Positions 40,965 to 50,977 of a stretch of DNA of 64,000 nucleotides are shown here, piece by piece. A program made the position numbers and the translations under genes. The stretch spans positions 2,944,001 to 3,008,000 of the forward strand of contig CP067995.1 of assembly GCA_045159875.1 (NCBI GenBank), written 5' to 3'. Each line of letters starts with the position of its first letter. The first letter of the stretch is position 1. The stretch is from a cyanobacterium endosymbiont of Rhopalodia gibba (GTDB lineage Bacteria; Cyanobacteriota; Cyanobacteriia; Cyanobacteriales; Microcystaceae). The notes beneath the pieces were generated by a model. It was not told the DNA's origin and did no database searches. It saw only the letters and a program-made list of their open reading frames with translations.

Positions 40965-42116
40965 TTAATGACGGACTACCATTTTGCCGTGGCTGGTAAG
41001 CTTGAATTTTACTTCACGCCATATCACTGTTCTTTGAGTAAATGATAATGCCCAGAATGCCAAGCCTAGTATATCGCGAAACGGCAATAAATAGAGACTT
41101 TTAACCCCCTCAGCATCTTCCATTTTCCAGGAAGTTATTCCTGCGGTTATTAGGCGAATAGTTATAGTTCCGATTAAAATATATAGCCCGATTATATCTC
41201 CTCTAATTAAGGCAAATAATAAAGCAAAGGGAATACTTCTAATAAAAATAGTCGCAATAAAAGGAAAAGGTTTTGCCAAATAAGTATTTTGATCCCAATA
41301 TACTTGGTGAGTCCACCAATCACGCGAGTTTTTTAAATCTACAACTACATCAATAATATAAGGTAACAAAACTATATTTTTACCAGAATTCCATACTCTC
41401 CGTCCTATTTCATAATCTTCCACTAGGTAATCTGCTAAACTTTCTAATCCGCCTATTGTTTCTAGAGTAGATTGTCTAATGGCGATAGAAGGACCTAAAC
41501 AAGCAATAGAAGCTCCTGTTACTTCAGCAAAAATAACACTAGGGATAAAATCAGCATTGATAGTCAGAAGTTCCATTTTTTCAAACCAGTGATCACCTTT
41601 AATCACTTTAAATAAAGTGCAGACACATCCTACTTCAGGATTATCCAAAGGAGCCACAATCTTTTTAAGATAATTCGGTTGTAAATTAGTATCACTATCA
41701 CTGATAACAATAATGTCGTGACGAGCTTCTTTGATAGCTCCTAAAAGATTATTGACTTTTCCATTAGCTCCTGCTTCAAGAGCACTCACTACTAGAGAAA
41801 TTCGATTCGAACCAAATTCTTCTTGGATTTCTTTCAGAATAGGAAAAGCAGGATCTTCGGGATCTTGAACTGAATAGATAATTTGATAATTTGGGTAATC
41901 CTGAGTGGCAATGGTACGTAAATTGCGTTTTAAATTTTTTTCTAGTCCTCTAACTGGCTTAAGAACGGTTAAGGGTGGGGTATAATCGTAGATGACATTC
42001 AGCTTCGAATTCTTAAAAAAGTGTTGAGCTGTTAAAACTGTTAGGATTGAGAATATAGCTCCCCCTAGAATGGGAATTAAACAGAGAAATTGTAATATTT
42101 TAGCTAAACTAAACAC
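40965..42116 (-). CDS. hpnI: Hopanoid-biosynthesis-associated glycosyltransferase (GT21, ceramide glucosyltransferase-like)
   Basis: Motifs TVLKPVRG, GANGKVNNL, ISDSD, LADYLVEDYEIG and HQVYW, with N- and C-terminal TM helices. Confidence 0.8.
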   Translation of the reverse strand: MFSLAKILQFLCLIPILGGAIFSILTVLTAQHFFKNSKLNVIYDYTPPLTVLKPVRGLEKNLKRNLRTIATQDYPNYQIIYSVQDPEDPAFPILKEIQEEFGSNRISLVVSALEAGANGKVNNLLGAIKEARHDIIVISDSDTNLQPNYLKKIVAPLDNPEVGCVCTLFKVIKGDHWFEKMELLTINADFIPSVIFAEVTGASIACLGPSIAIRQSTLETIGGLESLADYLVEDYEIGRRVWNSGKNIVLLPYIIDVVVDLKNSRDWWTHQVYWDQNTYLAKPFPFIATIFIRSIPFALLFALIRGDIIGLYILIGTITIRLITAGITSWKMEDAEGVKSLYLLPFRDILGLAFWALSFTQRTVIWREVKFKLTSHGKMVVRH

Positions 42117-42578
42117 TTGTTTGTTCTTTCCTTACATGGTATGTCTAATGATGTTAAGTTACCCGAAATCAGGGAAATCATAACCAAAAGTTGAATAACT
42201 GTAAACTTCATCTAGGTTCCTATCTAGCGATGCCTGACTTGATATTCAATGACTGACTATGAAAATAATAGAAATCAGTTTATAGTTTTTTTAGTTTAAT
42301 GAACGTAAACTGAACTTTTTGCTACCCTTCTACAAGGTAAAAAGGTAATCCGTGTTAATATGTATCGTTATTATATGAGGTTTTTTGAGCAGTCTTAACA
42401 GCATTTCTCATCGGTAATAGTTTTCTACCTTTAACCTCCTTGTTTGATGAGGTAAGAATCTTCTTTAAGTCAGTGTTTTCTTGATTAAGTTTTTGTTATC
42501 CCTATCTCTAAGAGGGATTTAAGAATATTACATAAATTTTCTAATATAAAAAGTGGACTAAGAAGTACTATATTAAAA

Positions 42579-43661
42579 GTGAGCGCATCCTATCCTTTAC
42601 AATCCCTCAAAGCAGGAAACTGGTTTAAGCTAATTTGCGGGGCGAGTTTTCAGGACTTGCCAGCCATTCGGACTCTTATTTTAGCTTATGCCTTAGCCGG
42701 GGCTGACTGTATTGATGTGGCTGCTGATCCTGCTGTAGTTACTGCTGCCAAGGAAGCGTTAAGCACAGCTAAAAGATTAGAAAATAATCAAAAATCTCAG
42801 GTATTTTCCAGAAAGAGAACACCATGGTTAATGGTAAGTTTAAATGATGGAGAGGATCCTCACTTTCGGAAAGCTTACTTTGATGCTCAACATTGTCCCT
42901 CAGACTGTTTCCGTCCGTGTGAGACAATTTGTCCTCCTAGAGCTATTATCGAAATTGAACGAGGAAGTTTTGGGGTTGTAGAAAGCCGTTGTTATGGGTG
43001 TGGTCGTTGTATTCCTGTCTGTCCTTATCAATTGGTTAAAACCCGCTCCTATTTAGTCTCTCCAAAAGAAATAGTTCCCCTTATTCAAGGAATGGGTATT
43101 GATGCCATAGAAATTCATACTCAAGTAGGACGAGAAAACCAATTTAAACAATTATGGCAGGCGATAGCTCCTTGGATTGGTCATCTTAAATTACTTGCTA
43201 TTAGCTGTCCCGATGGGTGTGGATTAATTGACTATCTCTATTATCTTTATGATATGATTTCCCCTTTGTCCATTCCCTTGATTTGGCAAACTGATGGCCG
43301 GCCTATGAGTGGGGATATTGGGAAAGGAACCACCCACGAAGCGATTAAGTTAGCTCAAAAAGTTCTCAATGCCCAAATACCTGGATTTGTTCAACTGGCA
43401 GGAGGAACCAATCATCACACTGTTTCTAAATTAAGAGAAATAGGACTCTTAACTCCTTTAATGTCGTCCACTTTAGTTGTGTCTGGCATTGCTTATGGTA
43501 GTTATGCTCGCTCAATACTATCCCCTATAGTAAGACAATTGGAAACCCAATCAATAAACTTAAACGTCCAATTAGCTTTAGAAAATCAACCTGACTTACT
43601 CTTAAAAGCCTTAAAAATTGCAGAATCTTTAGTATTACCCCTAAAATTGCCTAATCTTTAA
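42579..43661 (+). CDS. ldpA: Circadian input Fe-S protein LdpA
   Basis: WFKLICGAS, DGEDPHFRKA, two Cys clusters (CPSDCFRPCETICP and CYGCGRCIPVCP), WQTDGRPMSGDIG. Confidence 0.92.
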   Translation: MSASYPLQSLKAGNWFKLICGASFQDLPAIRTLILAYALAGADCIDVAADPAVVTAAKEALSTAKRLENNQKSQVFSRKRTPWLMVSLNDGEDPHFRKAYFDAQHCPSDCFRPCETICPPRAIIEIERGSFGVVESRCYGCGRCIPVCPYQLVKTRSYLVSPKEIVPLIQGMGIDAIEIHTQVGRENQFKQLWQAIAPWIGHLKLLAISCPDGCGLIDYLYYLYDMISPLSIPLIWQTDGRPMSGDIGKGTTHEAIKLAQKVLNAQIPGFVQLAGGTNHHTVSKLREIGLLTPLMSSTLVVSGIAYGSYARSILSPIVRQLETQSINLNVQLALENQPDLLLKALKIAESLVLPLKLPNL

Positions 43662-43746
43662 TATATTTTTTATGTTTTTCCATTGACGACGTTCTCTAAA
43701 CTATGTTAGACCCCAAAGCAGATATTTTTTAAATTACTCTAAACGA

Positions 43747-45477
43747 ATGCAAATGATTGATGATCTCAATAAGCTTCTAGAAATTCTACCCTCCACTATT
43801 CGAGCTAAAATTGAAGAATATCCTCAGCATGATAATTTAATTGAAGTTGTAATGGATTTAGGAAGGTTGCCTGAAGCACGTTTTCCTGATACAGCATTGT
43901 GTCTAGGAGATATTCCCGTTTCTGCTAAAGATTTAAATTATAGTATTGAGCGCATTGGACATTTTAGTGGCGATAACCGGGCCGGAATTGAGCGCACTCT
44001 ACATCGTATTAGTGCTATTCGCAATCGCAGTGGAGAGATTATCGGTTTAACCTGTCGTATGGGACGGGCTGTTTTTGGGACCATTACCTTAATTCAGGAT
44101 TTAGTGGAAACAGGAAAATCTCTATTGATGTTAGGTCGTCCTGGGGTAGGGAAGACCACTGCTTTACGGGAAATTGCACGGGTATTAGCCGATGATTTAC
44201 ATAGGAGAGTCGTGATTATCGATACCTCTAATGAAATTGCCGGAGACGGAGATATTCCCCATCCTGCTATTGGTCGTGCCCGACGGATGCAAGTAGCTAG
44301 TCCTGAATTGCAGCACAAAGTGATGATTGAGGCAGTGGAAAACCATATGCCAGAAGTCATTGTTATTGATGAAATTGGAACTGAACTTGAAGCATTAGCC
44401 GCCCGTACTATTGCTGAAAGGGGAGTTCAATTAGTGGGAACTGCCCACGGTAATCGCATTGAAAATTTGACTAAAAATCCGACTCTTTCTGATTTAGTTG
44501 GCGGTATTCAGGCAGTAATACTAGGAGATGAGGAAGCTAGGCGACGGAGTTCGCAAAAAACTATATTAGAACGGAAAGCTCCTCCCACCTTTGAAATCGC
44601 TATTGAAATGTTAGAACGTCAGCGTTGGGTGATTCATGAAGATGTTTCTAAAACCGTCGATCTTCTCCTGCGTGGTGGCAAACCGATTTCCCCAATCAGA
44701 ACGGTCGACAACTACGGACGGATTCAAATTACCCAGGAAACCTCTGAGAGCTCACCTAATAATGCCTTGGGAGTCCATTCTTTTTTAGCAGCACCAGAAC
44801 GCCCTATAAGATGGCGTACATCAGGGCAGATGAGTCCGATCGTCCCTTTCCTCAGCCAACAAAAGGAAGGGTTAGCTTCAGAATTTGATCGTCTGTTAGA
44901 TGCTTCCTGGCATCAACCAGAGTCAACAAATCATAAGGTCCGTACTCCAGGTCCGAATGGCGAGGATTTTCCTGTATATATTTACCCTTACGGTATTGGA
45001 CGATCACAGATTGAACAAGTAATCGACATTCTCAATCTTCCGATTGTGTTAACTAAGGATTTACGTGATGCTGATGTGGTGGTAGCCTTAAGATCACACG
45101 TTAGAAACCAATCTAAACTGTGTCAAATTGTTAAGGTTCGTCAAATTCCTATTCATGGGGTAAAGTCTAATACAATTCCTCAAATTACCCGAACTTTGCA
45201 GCGAATTTTAGGTATGGATGAGCTAAAGTTTCCTGAAACAGCCGATTTACGCTTGTTTAAGAGTTTAGGCAATGATGATGAGTTAGAGGCTTTAGAAGAA
45301 GCTAGATTAGCAGTAGAAAGGGTTGTGCTGCCTAAAAGACAACCTGTGGAATTATTACCGCGATCATCTAAAGTGAGAAAAATGCAACATGAATTGGTAG
45401 AACATTACCGTTTACAATCTGATAGTTTTGGAGAAGAACCTAACCGTAGACTGCGAATCTATCCCGCCTCAGTCTGA
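43747..45477 (+). CDS. ycf45: Ycf45-like AAA+ ATPase (SpoIIIAA-like) with C-terminal R3H domain
   Basis: Walker A GRPGVGKTT, VIVIDEIG, and R3H motif RKMQHELV...SFGEEPNRRLRI. Confidence 0.85.
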   Translation: MQMIDDLNKLLEILPSTIRAKIEEYPQHDNLIEVVMDLGRLPEARFPDTALCLGDIPVSAKDLNYSIERIGHFSGDNRAGIERTLHRISAIRNRSGEIIGLTCRMGRAVFGTITLIQDLVETGKSLLMLGRPGVGKTTALREIARVLADDLHRRVVIIDTSNEIAGDGDIPHPAIGRARRMQVASPELQHKVMIEAVENHMPEVIVIDEIGTELEALAARTIAERGVQLVGTAHGNRIENLTKNPTLSDLVGGIQAVILGDEEARRRSSQKTILERKAPPTFEIAIEMLERQRWVIHEDVSKTVDLLLRGGKPISPIRTVDNYGRIQITQETSESSPNNALGVHSFLAAPERPIRWRTSGQMSPIVPFLSQQKEGLASEFDRLLDASWHQPESTNHKVRTPGPNGEDFPVYIYPYGIGRSQIEQVIDILNLPIVLTKDLRDADVVVALRSHVRNQSKLCQIVKVRQIPIHGVKSNTIPQITRTLQRILGMDELKFPETADLRLFKSLGNDDELEALEEARLAVERVVLPKRQPVELLPRSSKVRKMQHELVEHYRLQSDSFGEEPNRRLRIYPASV

Positions 45478-46914
45478 CTAAAATACTTAGTAAAGTAGAC
45501 GTAGTTCATCCTTGTGAATATTTTCACGAGAATGGTTCGATTTAATTGTTTATTATAATTTTTAATATTTTCGCACTTCAAACGCTAAGTAATTTATCTC
45601 GTATTACGACTATAGTCGTAATAGTTATTGAATCTATTCATCAAACAATCAATCATCAAGATATTGTAGCAGTGATGGAATTGACAAACAACAATTATAT
45701 TCATTGATATACTAACTTTTCTCAACCTTTGTAAGAGAAATAAACTCTTAAAATGTTATTTGGAAAATTGGTCTAAGGTATTCTTGATGATTTTTATTTA
45801 TTAATGATGATATCGCTACAGAGGATAAGTGAACCGTTAGATTTCTTTGGCATCTTGAACGTGATGGCATTTCTTTTGCCAATGAAAGAAGAGTTAGTCA
45901 TCATCGCTTATCAAAAAAAAGCATAAAGTTACTTTAGAGTTAAATATTATTAAATCCCCTGTTAAATTAAGTAAAATAGCTTGTTTAATTATTCACTTGA
46001 TAGTACCGCTAATTTAGCGAACATTTTTAGGACAAATTATAGTCCGGTTTACAAAAGTAACTGACGAAGTTGTCCAGTTTGTTCTGATGTTGCTTTTAGG
46101 CTCTTCTATGCCGTATTTTTTATATGCTTGATTCTAATTCTCTATAAAAATTGAGCTGATGTAGAGTGGGAATTTAAGCTGAGTATTAAACAGAAAAAAA
46201 TTAAAAAACTTCTCTTGTTCAAGAGAAGCATAAGAACTAGCTATAATGTCTAACATCACTGCTAAATTTTTTTTAGAAGAGAACCTATTATATTGGAGTT
46301 AATTTTTAATAAAAATTTTAATTTTTAAAAAAATTTATAAACTTTAGCTTAGTATGTTTTCTAATTCTGGTTCTATTTTTGGTGAAGTTTTTTGCATTTT
46401 ACTTCTGATTAGCGTATTACTAATCAGATTAAATTTATCAGCAATATCTACTTTGACTTAGGAAGTTGAATCGAACTAACCTCTAATAACTTTCCCACAT
46501 TAGCTGCTATCCTATCCAAAGAATAGAAAAATAAGTGACTGTGAAAAACAAAATAACATTCAAAATATTCTAATTAGTGTCATAAAACATCCTAACAGAA
46601 TATAAAAAATCTCTTTAAAACCAAATTACACCTTTTCCACAAAACATTGTGTAAAAATTTCTCTACAATTGTCTGTTTATAGAATTTTTACCCAATAGTT
46701 ACTAACTTTAAGCAGCCGTATCTTTTTGGGTTGCGAAGGGATCTTAATTTTTAAACTCTAATTTTACCTATTAAAATAACTATTAAAATTTCTGTTAATT
46801 AACACACTATATTAACTAATTTTTATTAGTCTTTCTTTACACTAACCGCTATTTTTAGAAATTGTGTATCACAATAAAGTAACCCTCAAAGAGCAAGACT
46901 TTAAATATAGTTTT

Positions 46915-46949
46915 TTAGTAACCAATGATTAGAAATCACTGGTTACTAA
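46915..46949 (-). terminator. Stem-loop immediately downstream of petL
   Basis: Arms TTAGTAACCAATGATT and AATCACTGGTTACTAA, 6 nt after the stop. No U-tract on the petL strand. Confidence 0.45.
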
Positions 46950-46955
46950 TGATCC

Positions 46956-47057
46956 TTAGATGATTTTGGCAACCCGTAGACCAAAATATAATCCTAAGGC
47001 GATCACTGTGAATACCATGAGATATCCTACAAAAGCACAGACAGCAAAAGTAGACAT
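46956..47057 (-). CDS. petL: Cytochrome b6f complex subunit VI, PetL (33 aa)
   Basis: MSTFAVCAFVGYLMVFTVIALGLYFGLRVAKII*: one TM helix with a PetL-type GLYFGLR..KII end. AGGAG RBS upstream; lies near aroB. Below the ORF-track size cutoff. Confidence 0.9.
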   Translation of the reverse strand: MSTFAVCAFVGYLMVFTVIALGLYFGLRVAKII

Positions 47058-47112
47058 TTTTGACAACTCCTGATGATGATGATTATGGAGTTATTGTACT
47101 CGAAAATGCTCC

Positions 47113-47340
47113 TCAATCAACATCGTTATTTGATAGCAATATTTCTTCTAAAAGAGTTTTCTGATATGAACTAATATCTTTGAATTCCGGGAGAGCAAGA
47201 TTAACACTTTGTAAATCATCCTCTTGAAGATTAGCCATATTTAATTTTGCTTCTTTTAAATCTAAGTCACTAAGACTAGTAATTATTAAATTAGCTTTTA
47301 AAAAAATAAAATTAGCTAAATCAATTTTAGTGAAATTCAC
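47113..47340 (-). pseudogene. Pentapeptide-repeat protein fragment
   Basis: Degenerate A(N/D)Lxx repeats (KANLI, LDLKE, AKLNM, ANLQE). No credible start; very AT-rich. Confidence 0.55.
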
Positions 47341-48152
47341 TAGAGTTTTCTTCTAAAGTTCAAATGAAATTATGAGTTAAGGGGAACTATTATAATTTCT
47401 ATATTTTAGTTTAAAATTTTTATTAAATATTTTTAAAAAAAGATTTTATACATTCTATTTTTAATTTTTATTCATGTAAATCATGGCTAACTTAGGGTGT
47501 CTTATTTTCAATAAAACCTTCTTTTATAAAAAAAAAGTTTTAAAAGATAGTAGTTTAATAGAGTTGAGATACATACAACTGTTTACTATAAAAATTTTCT
47601 AACTCTTTATCTCTTTACAAGAGAAAAGAGTTATTAATGATAAAAATATTAAGTTTTTAAGCATAATATAAAAAGTTATTTTTTTACCAAATAAATTTAT
47701 ATCAGACTTCTTCCGCACAAAAACTTCTTTTGATGAGCTATTATTCTCTAATAAATTAATACTCTCTTTTGGTATCAACTAGTATCAGTAAAATATTTTA
47801 ATTTTAAGTTAAATTAAAATATTTCTTCTAAAGAAATGCTACTAGATAGTAGCTGCAATAATTACAATTAATTAATCTCAACTTTTATAGGAGAAATACC
47901 TATATTTAGTTACCTTTTTTGAATGATTAGGATAACCTGTACGTACGTTAAAAAAAGTAATATGAATAACCATATTTGTGTTATATTATCAAACTTAATT
48001 GAGAGCAAATATCACTATTTTAGTTATTATTTAGTTTTAGAGTTGATTGATTAACAGTCAGAATCTTTTGTCGTTGATCTAGTCCAACTTATGACATTGT
48101 CATTTACAATTAATAGATATTGACGATACTTACAAGAGGAAATAGTTGATCC

Positions 48153-49244
48153 GTGATATCTTCAATTCTTGAAGTTAAATTACCACATACCTCATATCAA
48201 GTTGTGGTCGCCTCAAACATTCTCAGTCAATTGGGGAATTATCTTGAACACCTTAACCTCGGTCAAAAAATTCTTCTAATTTCTAATCCAGAAATTTTTT
48301 ATCATTATGGGAAAATAGTAGTCGACTCTCTCACCAAATCGGGATTTAAAGTGTTTAATCATATGATCCCTTCTGGAGAACCTTATAAAACTCTAGATCT
48401 GATTGCCCGAGTTTATGATACTGCCCTAAAAAATCGTCTCGAACGGTCATCAACCATGGTAGCTCTAGGAGGGGGAGTTATTGGTGATATGACAGGCTTT
48501 GCAGCGGCTACATGGCTTAGAGGAATCAATTTTGTTCAGGTCCCTACATCCCTTTTAGGAATGGTAGATGCTTCTATTGGGGGCAAGACAGGGGTTAACC
48601 ATCCCGAAGGAAAAAACCTGATCGGGGCATTTTATCAACCTCGTTTAGTGTTTATTGATCCCTTCGTATTGAAAACTTTACCTGTGAGAGAATTCCGTGC
48701 AGGAATGGCGGAAGTGATTAAATATGGAATTATTTGGGACAAAGATTTGTTTAGCCAATTAGAACAAGTCACGATCCTTGATAATTTAGATAGTTTAAGT
48801 CATAAATTATTACAGACTATTATAACCCGATCTTGTCAAGCGAAGATAGATGTGGTCAATAAAGATGAAAAAGAAGCAGACTTACGAGCTATTTTAAATT
48901 ACGGTCATACTATTGGTCATGCGATAGAAAGTTTAACTGGGTATGGAATAATCAATCATGGAGAAGCAGTAGGAATGGGAATGGTAGCGGCAGGCAAAAT
49001 TGCTGTTAAGTTGCGATTGTGGACTAAAGAAGAAGCTAAACGGCAAGATAATTTAATTGCAAAAGTAGGATTACCAACTGCTTTTCCTAAAATGTTAAAA
49101 ATTGACGAAGTTATTAATGTTTTACAGGCTGATAAAAAAGTGAGAGCTAGTAAAGTTCGTTTTATTCTCCCGACAGAAATTGGAAAAGTTATTATTAGTG
49201 ATAACGTTTCATCTCAAATCATCAGAGACTGTTTATTTGTATAG
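48153..49244 (+). CDS. aroB: 3-dehydroquinate synthase
   Basis: Motifs [37 protein letters not shown] and HGEAV. Confidence 0.97.
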   Translation: MISSILEVKLPHTSYQVVVASNILSQLGNYLEHLNLGQKILLISNPEIFYHYGKIVVDSLTKSGFKVFNHMIPSGEPYKTLDLIARVYDTALKNRLERSSTMVALGGGVIGDMTGFAAATWLRGINFVQVPTSLLGMVDASIGGKTGVNHPEGKNLIGAFYQPRLVFIDPFVLKTLPVREFRAGMAEVIKYGIIWDKDLFSQLEQVTILDNLDSLSHKLLQTIITRSCQAKIDVVNKDEKEADLRAILNYGHTIGHAIESLTGYGIINHGEAVGMGMVAAGKIAVKLRLWTKEEAKRQDNLIAKVGLPTAFPKMLKIDEVINVLQADKKVRASKVRFILPTEIGKVIISDNVSSQIIRDCLFV

Positions 49245-49419
49245 ATATAGATATTTATTTATTATTTACATTTTTTGCACACAAAAAATGACTCTCAATT
49301 ATGTTGTTTAAACAGTTAATTTTATTAAACCTTGTAAAACTTTTGTTGAATTATTATTAATATAATACTTAATTTATATTACTATTATTTTTATGATAAA
49401 ATGTTTTAGTCAGTTTTTT

Positions 49420-49725
49420 AAATATTATCTATTCTTGTTCACCATAATTAATATCAGCTTTAGTAATAGCTTCACAAATCTGTAGTAACAAAAGGACTAA
49501 AATATTATTGCCACCAAAGATTGATACTAGACTCCAAACTTTACATTGTCCTGCTTTTATATCATTTTCTATCGCTTCAATATAACAACAAAATAATTAT
49601 ACTGCTTTATTTAAATCCGCAATTAGTAATTACTGAATATGCTCAAAAAAGTAATTCCTAGCTATTAATTTAGTAAAATCAATCTCTCCATCTGCTAATG
49701 CTAATAATGTTATAGAACCCATTCT
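49420..49725 (-). pseudogene. Possible TerB-family pseudogene
   Basis: Fragments in different frames: MGSITLLALADGEID and LLLQICEAITKADINYGEQE*. These recall the paired ADG/AD..E motifs of TerB. Confidence 0.35.
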
Positions 49726-50600
49726 ACTTTAAAAAATTTACAATTGTAGACTTTGGTTTGATGTTAGTTAAGTAATGATTTAAGGGGGTGATAATTCCTG
49801 TCATGGTTTTAAGTTTTAAAATATTAGTTTTTTGAATCTATTAAGTTTGTTAATTAATCTCAACTAGAACTGATTTTCAAAGTTAGCGGAGAATAATTAA
49901 ACCTATTGTTTAAATCTATTAGTTTTATCTAAAACATAACGAAAATACTCATCAAAGATGAGCTATAAAAGTTTTACTCTACATTAGCTAAAAATTAAGA
50001 CAGCCCTTGGGTAAAAAAGTTACATTTATAACCTTGTCAGTTAGCTGCTAATAGCTCTTGGCAATCAGTTTATAGATCATCTTAAAACTGTTACATTAAG
50101 GTCTTAGAGAATAAGTAGTTTTTTCGATTTAAAAAACATAGTTATTGTGTTAAAAATAAACTGACAAACTACAAGTTATCTAATAATAAGAAAATATTGG
50201 TTGATTATGTAGCAAAACTTTACTAAAAAATGTCAATATAATGTAAAAATAAAATGATTAAAAATACTTTTATGTCAATTCAATATAACAGTTATTAGAT
50301 TATATAATCTAACGATTTAGACATAAAATATTATATAAGAACTCAAAAGTAATTAATTATTAGAATTTATCAATATCTTAACTATAAAACAGTATTATAA
50401 CTAGAGCATTATCAATCGATAAATATTCTAAAAAAGGGTCATAATATCTAGGTAATTATTTTTTCAGGAGTGTGAAACATTCGTAAACTAACTAAAATGT
50501 CTTAGGAGAGTCCGATCTCTGAGTTATTAAAGAGATGGAGACATTAAGAACCTAAGCTGTTCTGTTGAGCAAAAAATTCCTAACGATGATTTGGAAACAA

Positions 50601-50633
50601 TCCCCCACTGGAATCACAGATCTTAGTGGGGGA
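50601..50633 (-). terminator. Terminator of the RHH gene
   Basis: Stem TCCCCCACT/AGTGGGGGA 5 nt after the stop, followed by TTGTTT on the minus strand. Confidence 0.6.
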
Positions 50634-50638
50634 GTATG

Positions 50639-50977
50639 TTAATGATTAGTGATACTCTCTATACTTAAAGGGACTAAATCTCCGTGAATGGTCAATCCCA
50701 ATAACATAAGTTCGTTCTCTGGAATTAGTTTACCTGTGAGAACACAGCTTTCATCTTTTCTAGCAGAGGCTTCGATAGTAGCACGAATATCCATTTTAGA
50801 AAATTGAGGTCGGTAATCTCCCGATTTCTGTTGCACATAGTTCCAAAGAATATCTCTGATCAATGCTTGATAACCCTGATTTCCTGCTAATTCTTTGAGT
50901 TTTTGTTTTAAAGTTCGTTCTAAGCGAATACTGGTAACTTCCATCTCGGTTGTCGAAGTCCGTGGAAGGGTTCGCAT
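50639..50977 (-). CDS. Conserved cyanobacterial ribbon-helix-helix transcription factor, TrcR-like (likely start 50977; the ORF extends to 51007)
   Basis: RHH pattern MEVTSIRLERTLKQKLKELAGNQGYQALIRDILWNYV. The resemblance to the Anabaena repressor TrcR is from memory. Confidence 0.7.
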   Translation of the reverse strand: MRTLPRTSTTEMEVTSIRLERTLKQKLKELAGNQGYQALIRDILWNYVQQKSGDYRPQFSKMDIRATIEASARKDESCVLTGKLIPENELMLLGLTIHGDLVPLSIESITNH

